This document shows, piece after piece, positions 35,388 to 44,959 of a DNA stretch of 64,000 bases. Origin of the DNA: Acidobacteriota bacterium (GTDB taxonomy: Bacteria > Acidobacteriota > Thermoanaerobaculia > UBA5066). The notes below the pieces were generated by a model. The model made no database searches and was not told the origin of the DNA. It worked only from the letters and a program-made list of their open reading frames with translations. A program made the translations under genes and the position numbers. The DNA is taken from contig JBDTTJ010000001.1 of NCBI GenBank assembly GCA_039930645.1, positions 2,554-66,553 on the forward strand. The letters run 5' to 3'. Each line of letters begins with the position of its first letter. The stretch's first letter is position 1.

Positions 35388-36456
35388 AAAGGGGGGTCAC
35401 GTCATCGATCCCGGCATCCACGTAGTCCTGGTAGCTCTCGGTCCCCGTATGCGGGCCCGCGCAGGCGTCGAGAATCCGCGGCTCGAAGGCACCGAACGCA
35501 TGATTCCCGAACGGCGTCCGGGCAGGGTCGTCTTGCGAGACGAGCTGAGCACTCCCGTTCATCCTGAAGAATGGGTTGTTGCACGGGCCGTATCCCAGAA
35601 GGCTCGTGATGTTGATGAAGCCGTAAGGATTCAGGAAGACCCAGCTGAGCTTGGCCCCGAGCGCCCCGGAAAGGGTCTGGATCGCGGCGGCCTGGTCGTA
35701 GCAGTTCGCGAACTCCTCCTGGCGGGCCAGATAGGACTCGAGCTGAAAGGTGCCGCCGCGTTGGCCGACGCCATAGTGCGACCGGCCCCCGCCCGCGCTG
35801 TCGTAGGAGAGTCTGTGTTGCCGGTGGCAATAGGCGGCGACCCGGGCGGCCGCATCCCGAGGGTCGGTCACGTTGACGACACCCGCGCGGCTGCAGAGGA
35901 AGCGGAGCGCCTCCGCCCAGACGCCCTTCTTGTCCTGAAACACCGGAATCGGCGTGTCCAGGACCGAGAACACCTCGAGCCTCGTGATGTTCAGGGCGAA
36001 ATCGTGATTCGCCGACGGAACCGTCAGGACCCACACCATGTTTCCCCAGAACCACTGGATGCCCTCGGGGAGTTCGGGGATTCGGGCCTGCAACGTATGC
36101 GTCCCCTCGCCGAGAGGGCAGTCGCCCTCGATCGTCAGGTCCCGGAGAATGCCCGTCAACTTGCCCTGTCCGGAGATCTTCTTGCTCTCGAGAATCTGGA
36201 CCTTCACCTCGACCTTCTGGACGTTGAGGCTTCCGCCCGATTTCGAGCCACGAACCACGATCGCGGCGGGCCGCTTCGAGTATCTGTTGTCTTCGATGTC
36301 CGCTCCGTCAGCCCAATGGGGCCCCTGGACCGTGCTCTTCTGCCAGGCCACCTTCACCTCGCTCAGGAACTTCACCTCGACCACCCGGGCACGCAGGACC
36401 GGGACGTCCTCGTCCATGATCATCGAAAGTGCGACCGCTTCGCCGATGTCGGTCAT
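35311..36456 (-). CDS. hypothetical 381-aa protein immediately downstream of PAAR-like gene. Candidate T6SS cargo effector
   Basis: No signal peptide. Conserved-looking 'NPYGFINITSLLGYGPCNNPFF' and 'CYDQAAAIQTL'. Positioned PAAR-like -> this gene -> lipoprotein. Confidence 0.4.
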   Translation of the reverse strand: MTDIGEAVALSMIMDEDVPVLRARVVEVKFLSEVKVAWQKSTVQGPHWADGADIEDNRYSKRPAAIVVRGSKSGGSLNVQKVEVKVQILESKKISGQGKLTGILRDLTIEGDCPLGEGTHTLQARIPELPEGIQWFWGNMVWVLTVPSANHDFALNITRLEVFSVLDTPIPVFQDKKGVWAEALRFLCSRAGVVNVTDPRDAAARVAAYCHRQHRLSYDSAGGGRSHYGVGQRGGTFQLESYLARQEEFANCYDQAAAIQTLSGALGAKLSWVFLNPYGFINITSLLGYGPCNNPFFRMNGSAQLVSQDDPARTPFGNHAFGAFEPRILDACAGPHTGTESYQDYVDAGIDDVTPLYAAYQNLRPGRVEDMQWCAGVRDVV

Positions 36457-36468
36457 CGCGCGCTTCGC

Positions 36469-36855
36469 CTACCCGAGGATGTTCTTCTTGTTGTGGAACA
36501 GCTGGTCCCCCATGCGGCACACGTTGTTGCCTTCGAATTTCACGTCGAACGAGTAGATCAGGAACTCGCAGACGCTCATGTTGATGCTGGAAAGAATGCC
36601 GCCGGCCACTCCGGCTTCGTCGCCCGACGAGCGCGAATACTGCGCGCCCTTCACCATGGGCATCTGGCCGTCCGTCGTGACGGTGTTCGGACCCTGGGTC
36701 GTGTCCGAGGACATCCCGATGTTGGGATAAGGGATCGGGACCGGACTCGGGGCCGGTGGCGCCGGCGTCTTGCAGACATCCGGAAAGACGATCGAAACGC
36801 CGTTGCTTCCCTTGTGGACGATGCCGCGGAAGTTCGCGAAGGTGGCCTGGCCCAT
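36469..36855 (-). CDS. PAAR-like DUF4150 protein (stand-alone)
   Basis: 128 aa. 'VHKGSNGVSIVFPDVCKTPAPPAPSPVPIPYPNIG' fits the DUF4150 signature 'DVCKTP...P.PY.N'. Confidence 0.6.
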   Translation of the reverse strand: MGQATFANFRGIVHKGSNGVSIVFPDVCKTPAPPAPSPVPIPYPNIGMSSDTTQGPNTVTTDGQMPMVKGAQYSRSSGDEAGVAGGILSSINMSVCEFLIYSFDVKFEGNNVCRMGDQLFHNKKNILG

Positions 36856-36857
36856 TC

Positions 36858-37916
36858 TCAGTTCGCTCCCGGCGGGAGAATCGAAAGGGACGCGCGCGGT
36901 CCATCGTCCGACGAGGCGTAGACGAGCGCCGGTCCGCGCGATGCGTCGAGGCAGGCGAGACCCGCCAGGAGCGTTCCGGCGGCGGCCCCGGCGTCGCCGA
37001 AGCAGTCAGCAGGATGGTTCATCGCGCAGGACTCGTCGAAGGCGTCGCGTGAGCGCAGGAAGGCAACGCCCCACTCCTTCGCCCAGTGGCTCTCGCCGTT
37101 CATCGAGGACCAGACCGAGACGAAAGGCCGTGGCGGCGGCGCCGCCTGGACGAGGGCCTTGAGCGTTGTCGCCAGCCCCTCTCCGAGGTACGTCTCCTTG
37201 CTTCTGAGGTGACCCTGCTCGAACCCCTCCGAGGCCTCGGAGACGACCGCGAGGCTCGGGAGGCCGGCGGCGGCGGCGGCGGCGGGAGTCGCGAGCAGAA
37301 GAAAGGCCGCTCCCTCGCCCGGGATGAACCCATCGAGATGGGCGTCCGACTTCACCCGCTTCTCGAGATCGAGGGCCGCGAGCGTGGGCTGATCGACGTA
37401 CGAATCCAGTCCGCCCGCCACGGCGAACCGGGTCCTTCCCGAGCGGATCATCTCTGCGGCGCGTCCAAGCGCCATGAGGCCGCCGGCGCGGCCGGCCGCG
37501 AGGGTCGCGCTTCGGGCGAGATCGAAGAGCCCGCCGGCCTGGCCGGCCAGGAGCTTCAGAAAGCGTCCCGGGTCGGAACCCTGTCTCTCCGGACCGGGAA
37601 GGGCCAGAACCAGCGGCGGCTTCTCGGCGCCACGCCCCACGCCGCGGAGGCACTCGGCGAGAGCCCTCCCGCCGATCCGGAGGAGGCGCGCATCGCGTGC
37701 GCCGAGGCCCTCTGTCCGGCCGGCCTCGAACGACAACTCCGGAAGCCCGGCATCCGGCACCGCGGCCACCGTGAAGGGCTGGGACCGCCGGTCGAGCCAG
37801 TCGACCTGGCCGAAGCGCATCGTGGCGGCGCGAACGGAGGCGGCTGTCTCGGGCGCCGACAGGCCGACGGCCGTGACCATGCCGACCCGGGTGATGACGA
37901 TGTCTGAACCCGCCAT
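36858..37916 (-). CDS. beta-ketoacyl synthase-like (thiolase-fold) protein with degenerate active site
   Basis: 352 aa. The N-terminus 'IVITRVGMVTAVGLSAPETAASVRA' matches the KAS I/II N-terminus. The active-site Cys region reads 'TLAAGRAGGLMALGRAAEMIRSG' with no Cys, and the His motifs are replaced ('NGESHWAKE', 'CFGDAGAAAG'). Confidence 0.45.
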   Translation of the reverse strand: MAGSDIVITRVGMVTAVGLSAPETAASVRAATMRFGQVDWLDRRSQPFTVAAVPDAGLPELSFEAGRTEGLGARDARLLRIGGRALAECLRGVGRGAEKPPLVLALPGPERQGSDPGRFLKLLAGQAGGLFDLARSATLAAGRAGGLMALGRAAEMIRSGRTRFAVAGGLDSYVDQPTLAALDLEKRVKSDAHLDGFIPGEGAAFLLLATPAAAAAAGLPSLAVVSEASEGFEQGHLRSKETYLGEGLATTLKALVQAAPPPRPFVSVWSSMNGESHWAKEWGVAFLRSRDAFDESCAMNHPADCFGDAGAAAGTLLAGLACLDASRGPALVYASSDDGPRASLSILPPGAN

Positions 37917-37924
37917 GACCTCCC

Positions 37925-38938
37925 CTACGCTGCCTTCGCGACGATCGGCTCGACCTCGCGGACCTTCAGGAGTCGTTTGTCGCAGGGGAGGGCCGCACGC
38001 CAAACGAGGTCGAGACGCGACTCGTCCGGGTGGAGAATCACCGTGTCGAGGTTGGCCGAGCGTCTCTCCTCGCCGGAATCCAGACGGAAGAGAACGTCCA
38101 CACGGCGCGCCGGGAGGGAGAACCTCAGGGCGCCCGAGGGCGTCGCGCCGGCGATTTCCACCGGCTCCCCGCCCTTCAGGTAGGAGGGGATCTGCTGGTC
38201 GGCGGGGGCGATCTGCAGGAAGCGCGTGTCGAAGTCCCTCGGGAGGTACGGCGCGCGGCTCTTCTGCCACTCCTCGTCGTACGTCCCGGCGTACTTCGGG
38301 CGCGGCTTCCAGTGGGGCGCGACGACGCCGAAGCCCGCCGGCGTGGGGCGGTCGCCGGGCGAGGAGATGAGCCGGAGAGGATCCTCGATGTTGGGCAGGG
38401 CGATCTCCTCGAGCTTTCGCCCGCTGACGCGTGAGCGAAAGCCGGTCCCGACCGGGTTGCGGTCGTCCGCTTCGGAGCGGGGCGGGTCGCCCGTCGGCGG
38501 CTCGGTGCCGCCGAACGCGCGTTCCCAGACGAGCGGCATCCTCTCGAACGGCTCGGGCCCGGAAATGCGGGTCAGGACCGTCCCCGCCCATCGTCGATCC
38601 CCGAAAACCACGACGTGCTTCTCGATCGAGGCGAGGCGAAGGGAGACCTCCGCCTGGCGCGTCGGCCGCCCTCCCGGCCCGTAGGCGTGGCCGAAGAGAA
38701 GGACGTCGGTGCCGGGCTTGGAGAGAGAGATGTCGCCGGGCTCCGCGATGCTCGTCCTGAGCGGGTCGCCGTGAAAGCGATCGGCCGTGACGATCGGCGT
38801 CTGTTTCTCGGCCTCCTCGACGCGCGGGCCGAGGGTGAACGTGCCCTTGACGATCGCGAAGAGCGTCTCGACTCCTCCGGGATCGGGCGACGAAAAGAGA
38901 GTCGCCGTGAATCGCGTGCGGTTCTTCAACTGGAGCAT
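37925..38938 (-). CDS. DUF2169-family T6SS adaptor protein
   Basis: 337 aa, immediately downstream of vgrG. 'LFAIVKGTFTL' N-terminus and 'ERAFGGTEP...NPVGTGF' are typical of DUF2169. Confidence 0.6.
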   Translation of the reverse strand: MLQLKNRTRFTATLFSSPDPGGVETLFAIVKGTFTLGPRVEEAEKQTPIVTADRFHGDPLRTSIAEPGDISLSKPGTDVLLFGHAYGPGGRPTRQAEVSLRLASIEKHVVVFGDRRWAGTVLTRISGPEPFERMPLVWERAFGGTEPPTGDPPRSEADDRNPVGTGFRSRVSGRKLEEIALPNIEDPLRLISSPGDRPTPAGFGVVAPHWKPRPKYAGTYDEEWQKSRAPYLPRDFDTRFLQIAPADQQIPSYLKGGEPVEIAGATPSGALRFSLPARRVDVLFRLDSGEERRSANLDTVILHPDESRLDLVWRAALPCDKRLLKVREVEPIVAKAA

Positions 38939-38954
38939 GGCTGCTTTTTCCCGC

Positions 38955-41120
38955 TCAGTTCTGCGAGATCTTCGACCCCTTCATCGTGATGTCCGAGGAC
39001 GCCTTGACGTTGATTTTGCCGGTCCCCGAGATCGTGATGTCCTTTCCCTTGATCTGGATCGTTCCATCCTTCTTCAACGTGATGCTCGCGTCACCCGTCT
39101 GGAACTGGATCTCGTCGCCCGCGACGAGGGAGTACTTCTTCCCGACAGTCGTTTCGGAGCTCTTTCCCACGCTCGTCGCCTGGCCCGTGCCGACGCTCGT
39201 GTTGAGCGCCCCACCCACGCTCAGCGACAGGGCCGCTCCGACGGCCCACGTGCCGTTTGCGCCGATCGTGACCGAACGGTTCGCTCCCACGGAGAGGGTC
39301 TCTGCCACCCCGACGGTCTCGGTCCGGTTGAGGGCGATCGTGATCGTCTCGTTCTGTCCGACGGTCTCGGTCCGGTTGCTTCCGATCGAGATGGTCTCGT
39401 TGTTGTCGACCGTCTCCGTCCGGTCGTGTTTGACGTGCGTCGTCTCGTCGTGGTCGATCGTCTTGGAGCGGTCGTGCCCCACCCAGTGCGTCTCGCTGTT
39501 CTCGACCTCGATGTCCTGGTTCTTCTCGGCGTGCAGGAAGACCTGTTCGTGACCCTTCTTGTCCTCGAAGCGGAACTCGTTGAAGTGCGACGGATTGCCG
39601 CCGAGACTGCTCCGGCTCTTGAGCCCGCTCTGCGTCTTGTTCGCGGGCAGGCTGTACGGCGGCATGCACTCGGCGTTGTAGACGCTGCCGATGACGATCG
39701 GCTGGTCCATGTCCCCCTCGAGGAAGTCGACCACGACCTCCTGTCCGATGCGGGGGATGTGGATCGCACCCCACTGCTTGCCGGCCCACGGCGTGGCCAC
39801 CCGGACCCAGCAGGAGCTGTCGCTGTTGCTCTTGCCTTCGCGGTCCCAGTGGAACTGCACCTTGATTCGCGAGTACTTGTCCGTGAAGATCTCCTCGCCC
39901 GGGGGCCCGACGACGACGGCGGTCTGCGTCCCCTTGACCGTCGGAATCGGCGTGACGCGCGGCGGCCGGAAGGGCAGCGCGGCCGGGAAGCACGTGAAGT
40001 GGTTCTCATAGGTGAACCCGCCGCCGCCGGCGCGCAGGTCGGCGGCGTCGGACGCGGAGTGCTCGACCTGGTAGACGACCCACGAACCGTCTCCGGCGAA
40101 ATGGCGCTCGAGGGTGAACTTGTGGCCCGAGACGATCTGGCGGCAGTTGCTCGCGGCGTGCACGAGGATGCTGGCGGCCGCCTGCTCTTCCATGCGCAGA
40201 CGGGCGGTCCGCTTGTTGTCGTCGAAGACCTTCTGGATGTCCGCGGGACGATCGCCGCCCCCAGGCTGGATTCCGTCGAAACGCTGCGCGTACGCGCCGG
40301 GGAAATCGTACAGCTCGAGTGGGGAATTGGCCGCGAGCTTGAGCTTGTGGCTCGTCTTTCCGGCGGCGACCGCCGCCAGGATCTCGTTCTCGGCGTCGAG
40401 GTGCTTGTGCGGCAGCTCGAAGCAGTGGTCCCACAGAACGACCTTCGAGGACTTGAGCTCCTGGGCCTTCTCCCAGGCATTGACGCGGTCCTCCGTGCGT
40501 GTTCCCCCGCCGACCGCCTCGAAGATCAGGCTGCTCGGGCCGGGAAGCGAGGCGTGGCTGCCCGGGGTGTTGGCGACGACCATCGTGTGGGAGCCGGCGC
40601 CGTGCTTGAAGAAGTAGTAGATGCCCTCTTCCTCCATCAGGCGGCTCGCGAACGCGAAGTCCGACTCGCGGTACTGGACGCAGTAGTCGCGGGTGGGAAA
40701 GACCCCCTGGATCTCCCAGGAGACGTCGAGACCGACGAGGACCTTCTTCAGGATGTCGGGAACCGAGATCTGCTGGAAGATGCGGCTCTGCGTCTTTCGG
40801 GCCAGCAGGAGAGCCTGCGGGACGAGGTCGAGCACGAAGCGCGTGAACGTGGCGTCCCGCGCTCCCTCCGCCACCCTCAGGCAGGTGCCGTTGAGGTAGC
40901 GCGGGCTTCCTCCGGGCATGGCGATCTCCGCCGTGATCTTCTGGCCGAGGAGAGCGTCGAACACGACCTGCTTCGCCTTGTCGTTCTCGGCGACGCACTC
41001 GAGCTGAAACTGGAAAGGCCGGGAGATCGCCTCGTGTCCCGAGAAGCCGTTCAGGATCAGGACGTCGGGGCCGAGCGGCGTCGTGACCTTGAGCCGGCGG
41101 CCGGACTGGGAGTAGGACAC
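38955..41120 (-). CDS. vgrG: type VI secretion spike protein VgrG (TssI)
   Basis: 'RRLKVTTPLGPDVLILNGFSGHEAISRPFQFQLE', 'DYCVQYRESDFAFASRLMEEEGIYYFF', gp27/gp5 domains and a C-terminal beta-helix. Confidence 0.9.
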   Translation of the reverse strand: MSYSQSGRRLKVTTPLGPDVLILNGFSGHEAISRPFQFQLECVAENDKAKQVVFDALLGQKITAEIAMPGGSPRYLNGTCLRVAEGARDATFTRFVLDLVPQALLLARKTQSRIFQQISVPDILKKVLVGLDVSWEIQGVFPTRDYCVQYRESDFAFASRLMEEEGIYYFFKHGAGSHTMVVANTPGSHASLPGPSSLIFEAVGGGTRTEDRVNAWEKAQELKSSKVVLWDHCFELPHKHLDAENEILAAVAAGKTSHKLKLAANSPLELYDFPGAYAQRFDGIQPGGGDRPADIQKVFDDNKRTARLRMEEQAAASILVHAASNCRQIVSGHKFTLERHFAGDGSWVVYQVEHSASDAADLRAGGGGFTYENHFTCFPAALPFRPPRVTPIPTVKGTQTAVVVGPPGEEIFTDKYSRIKVQFHWDREGKSNSDSSCWVRVATPWAGKQWGAIHIPRIGQEVVVDFLEGDMDQPIVIGSVYNAECMPPYSLPANKTQSGLKSRSSLGGNPSHFNEFRFEDKKGHEQVFLHAEKNQDIEVENSETHWVGHDRSKTIDHDETTHVKHDRTETVDNNETISIGSNRTETVGQNETITIALNRTETVGVAETLSVGANRSVTIGANGTWAVGAALSLSVGGALNTSVGTGQATSVGKSSETTVGKKYSLVAGDEIQFQTGDASITLKKDGTIQIKGKDITISGTGKINVKASSDITMKGSKISQN

Positions 41121-41203
41121 TCAGCACCTCCGGGACGGGAACGGCTGAGGGAGTTTCGTCGAAACGGTGAATGGACGCATCGGGTTCAGTATCCGGCCGT
41201 CAA

Positions 41204-43918
41204 TCAGTCGAACTCGTAACGGAAGTTTCCGCCGTCGCCGACAGAGATGCGCACGCGCGACATCGTCCGGCCTTCGGCCATCCGGGCGAGGAACTCGCCC
41301 GACATCTCGGGGAGGACGGTCCGCGTCAGGATGTGGTCCACGTTGCGCGCGCCGCTCTCGACCTCGTGGCACCGCGCCACGATTGCGGCGATGACCGCCT
41401 CGTCGTAGCTGAAGGCGGCGCCGTGATTCTCCTTCAGCCGGCTGCCGATCCGGCCGAGCTGCAGCTTGATGATCTCCCGCATGACCTTGTCGGAGATCGG
41501 GTAGTAAGGAACGATGACCATTCTCCCGAGGAGGGCCGGCTTGAAGATCTTGTTCAGCTCGGGCTTGATCGCCTCGACGAGCTTGTCGGGTTCGGGAGCC
41601 GTCTCGGGGTCGGCGCAGAGCTTCATGAGCGTGTCGGTGGCGGCGTTCGACGTCAGGAGGATGACGGTGTTCTTGAAGTCGATCTCGCGTCCTTCGCCGT
41701 CCTCGAGCATCCCCTTGTCGAAGACCTGGTAGAAGAGCTCCATGACGTCGGGGTGCGCCTTCTCGACCTCGTCGAGGAGGACGACCGAGTAGGGCCGTCT
41801 CCGCACGGCCTCGGTCAGGACGCCGCCTTCGCCGTAGCCCACGTACCCCGGAGGCGAGCCCTTGAGCGACGAGACGGTGTGCGCCTCCTGGTACTCGCTC
41901 ATGTTGATCACGATGAGATTGCGCTCGCCGCCGTAGAGCGTCTCGGCGAGGGTGATGGCCGTCTCGGTCTTGCCGACGCCGCTCGGCCCGACGAGGAGGA
42001 AGACGCCGATCGGGCGGCGCGGGTCCGTGAGGTTCGCGCGCGCGGTGCGGATGCGGCTCGCGATCGCCTCGAGGGCGTGGGTCTGGCCCATGACGCGCTG
42101 CTCGAGCCGGTCCTTCAACCCGAGGACGGTTCGGATCTCGTCGGTCAGCATTTTTCCGACCGGGACCCCCGTCCAGCCGGAAATGACCTCGGCGATCGTC
42201 TGCGACGTGACGCAGGCCTGCATGAGGGGCGATTCGCCCTGCAGCTTCTCGAGCTCTTTGTTGAGGGTGTCGAGCTCGGCCTTGAGCGCCACGGGGTCCG
42301 GGGGCGGGCCGGCCGGCGTCGCGGGAGCGGCCGGAGCGGGCGCCGCGGCCGCGGCCTTGGCGCCGGGCGCCTTCTTCTTCGGCGCTGCGAGGTTCTCCAG
42401 CGTCGATCGGATGTCGCGGACGCGGGCGATGAGCTCGCGTTCCTTGTCCCACTGCGCCGTCAGGCGGGTGAGGCTCTCCTCGGCGGCAGCCCTTCGCGCC
42501 GTGAGCTCGGTGAGACGCTCCTTGTGGTCAGCGCCGGTCGCCTCCTCGCGCGAGAGGACCTCGATCTCGGCCGAGGTGTGGTCGATCGCGCGCTGCGCGT
42601 CCTCGACCGCGGGGGGCGTCGCGGCTTGCCCGATCGCGACGCGGGCGCAGGCCGTGTCGAGAACGGAGACGGACTTGTCGGGGAGCTGGCGGCCCGAGAT
42701 GTAGCGATGCGACAGACGGACGGAGTCCTCGACGGCCTCGTCGAGAATGCGCACCTTGTGGTGGTTCTCGAGAGGCTCGGTGAGGCCGCGCATCATGATG
42801 ATGGCGGTTGCCTCGGTCGGTTCCTCGACCTTGACGACCTGGAAGCGCCGCGCGAGCGCGGCGTCCTTCTCGAAGTATTTCTTGTACTCGGCCCAGGTCG
42901 TCGCGGCGATCGTCCGCAGCTCGCCCCGCGCGAGAGCCGGCTTCAGGAGGTTCGCGGCGTCGTTCTGCCCGGCCTGGCCGCCCGCCCCGATCATCGTGTG
43001 TGCCTCGTCGATGAAGACGATGATCGGCTGCGGCGAGGACTTCACTTCCTCGATGACCGACTTCAGGCGGTTCTCGAACTCGCCCTTGATTCCGGCGCCG
43101 GCCTGGAGGAGGCCGAGGTCGAGCGTTCTCACGGCGACGTTCTTCAGCGGGCCCGGGACGTCTCCCTGGGCGATGCGGAGCGCGAATCCCTCGACGACGG
43201 CCGTCTTCCCGACGCCGGCCTCTCCGGTGAGGATCGGGTTGTTCTGCCGGCGTCGCGTGAGGATGTCGATGACCTGGCGGATCTCGAAATCCCGACCGAG
43301 GATCGGGTCGATGTGGCCGGAACGCGCGCGCGCCGTCAGGTCGACCGTGTACTGGTCCAGCGCCTTCGTCCGGCCCGGGACGCCCGCCGCTGCGCCGGCC
43401 GCGTCGCCTGCCGGCGTCTCGCCGAGCAGGGCCGCGTCGCGGTCCTCGACGGAGCCCGAGACGATCTTGTCGAATTCCTTCCGGAGCGCTTCGACCGAAA
43501 TCGCCGCGAATTCCTTGGAGATCTCGCGTGCGAGACGGGCGAACTCGTCCTTCTCGAGGAGCGCGAGGAGGATGTGCGAGGAGCGTACCCGGGAGGCGCC
43601 GAAGTCGATCGAGCCGACGAGCCAGGCTTCCTCGACGAGCTTCGGGAGGCGGGGGGAGAGCGCCGGCGTGCGCGTGTTCCCGGTCTTGAGCCGGTCGAGC
43701 GACCGTACGAGGTCTTTCGCGAGCCGGGACTCGTCGATCTCGAACCGCCGGAGAATGCGGTGGAAGTCCGTGTCCGGCGTTTCACCGAGCTTGACCAGCA
43801 GGTGCTCGACGTCGACGTCGTAGTTCGTGCGCGACAAGCAGAGCCCGGCGGCCCCCTCGAGGGCGTTTCGGCAGGTGTCGTTCATTCGGCCGATGAGGGA
43901 CTTCAGGTTCGCGCTCAT
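41204..43918 (-). CDS. clpV: T6SS AAA+ ATPase ClpV (TssH)
   Basis: 904 aa. Clp N-domain, two AAA+ modules (Walker A 'GEAGVGKTAVVEG' and 'GPSGVGKTETA') and a middle coiled-coil. Confidence 0.9.
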   Translation of the reverse strand: MSANLKSLIGRMNDTCRNALEGAAGLCLSRTNYDVDVEHLLVKLGETPDTDFHRILRRFEIDESRLAKDLVRSLDRLKTGNTRTPALSPRLPKLVEEAWLVGSIDFGASRVRSSHILLALLEKDEFARLAREISKEFAAISVEALRKEFDKIVSGSVEDRDAALLGETPAGDAAGAAAGVPGRTKALDQYTVDLTARARSGHIDPILGRDFEIRQVIDILTRRRQNNPILTGEAGVGKTAVVEGFALRIAQGDVPGPLKNVAVRTLDLGLLQAGAGIKGEFENRLKSVIEEVKSSPQPIIVFIDEAHTMIGAGGQAGQNDAANLLKPALARGELRTIAATTWAEYKKYFEKDAALARRFQVVKVEEPTEATAIIMMRGLTEPLENHHKVRILDEAVEDSVRLSHRYISGRQLPDKSVSVLDTACARVAIGQAATPPAVEDAQRAIDHTSAEIEVLSREEATGADHKERLTELTARRAAAEESLTRLTAQWDKERELIARVRDIRSTLENLAAPKKKAPGAKAAAAAPAPAAPATPAGPPPDPVALKAELDTLNKELEKLQGESPLMQACVTSQTIAEVISGWTGVPVGKMLTDEIRTVLGLKDRLEQRVMGQTHALEAIASRIRTARANLTDPRRPIGVFLLVGPSGVGKTETAITLAETLYGGERNLIVINMSEYQEAHTVSSLKGSPPGYVGYGEGGVLTEAVRRRPYSVVLLDEVEKAHPDVMELFYQVFDKGMLEDGEGREIDFKNTVILLTSNAATDTLMKLCADPETAPEPDKLVEAIKPELNKIFKPALLGRMVIVPYYPISDKVMREIIKLQLGRIGSRLKENHGAAFSYDEAVIAAIVARCHEVESGARNVDHILTRTVLPEMSGEFLARMAEGRTMSRVRISVGDGGNFRYEFD

Positions 43919-43962
43919 GGACGCTACGTTCCTCCTCTCGCGATCTGGGACGGGCCCCTATC

Positions 43963-44955
43963 CTAGTCCATGGATTCGAGAATCAGTCGCGAGGAATCTT
44001 CGAGGGAGGGAGCGCTCTTGAGCCACGTCGTCCAGCCGAGCATGGGAGGGACGGCGGCGCCGGACTCCAGATGACACGTGGGGATCTCCTCTTTCTTGAG
44101 GACGGGCTGCACGTCGAAGTCGTATTCGACGCCGACGAGGAATCTCACGAGGTCGTTCAGGGGCGTCCACGCGCTACCGCGCGGCAGAAAGAGCTGGAAG
44201 GAGGTGAAGTCGAGCGGGCCGAGCCGGACCCGGAAGCGGGACTGGTTGTTCCAGACGTGGTCGCCGCAGACGAGGTCGGCTCCGAGGCGGCTGTTGCGGG
44301 ACCCCAGCCGGGAGCGATCCTCCGGCTCGAGGTCGAGCCACTGCCCTACGAATTGCGTCGTCGCGACCGGGACCGCGAAGTAGTCGCGCAGGATGCCCTC
44401 GATCGCGCTGGCCGAGTGAGGGCGCTGCGCGATGAGGCCGGCGTAGAGGAGGAGCGCGTCGTCCGCGACGCTCTGGCGCCCGCGAAGCCCGCCCGTGCCG
44501 AGTCCGATCAGCGCAAAGAGACCATCGGTGAACGGATCGTCGCCGCCGCTCTCGTACGAGAGTGGGAACCGGTACTTCTGCCAGGCACGGTGAAAGAGCG
44601 ACAGGAAGCGATGGTTGAAGAGGTCGAGAAACTCCCAGAGCGCATGGTCCTTGTAACGGGCCCGCTCGATGAGGAGCTCCGTGTACGGTGTGGGCAGGAC
44701 TCCGAGCGGACCCGTCGTGCCCCCGATCGCGACGGTGACTTCGGGGGGGCGGTCCGGATCGGCGGGGTCGGGTCGCAGGTCGAAGATCTCGCTCGGCGGG
44801 AACTCGAGTGTGGCGCGGGTCCGGAATCGCGCGATCTCGCGCGCGGGAGGCCCGTCGTGGCCGACCGGCGTCTTCGACGGCGAGAGCCGCGACAGGAGCC
44901 GGACGGCCTGGAAGAACCCGAAGTGCTCGGGTCGCGTGCGCAGGCGTTCGGTCAT
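43963..44955 (-). CDS. tssG: T6SS baseplate protein TssG
   Basis: 'PEHFGFFQAVRLLSRL' is the hallmark TssG N-terminus. Confidence 0.8.
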   Translation of the reverse strand: MTERLRTRPEHFGFFQAVRLLSRLSPSKTPVGHDGPPAREIARFRTRATLEFPPSEIFDLRPDPADPDRPPEVTVAIGGTTGPLGVLPTPYTELLIERARYKDHALWEFLDLFNHRFLSLFHRAWQKYRFPLSYESGGDDPFTDGLFALIGLGTGGLRGRQSVADDALLLYAGLIAQRPHSASAIEGILRDYFAVPVATTQFVGQWLDLEPEDRSRLGSRNSRLGADLVCGDHVWNNQSRFRVRLGPLDFTSFQLFLPRGSAWTPLNDLVRFLVGVEYDFDVQPVLKKEEIPTCHLESGAAVPPMLGWTTWLKSAPSLEDSSRLILESMD

Positions 44956-44959
44956 TCGA

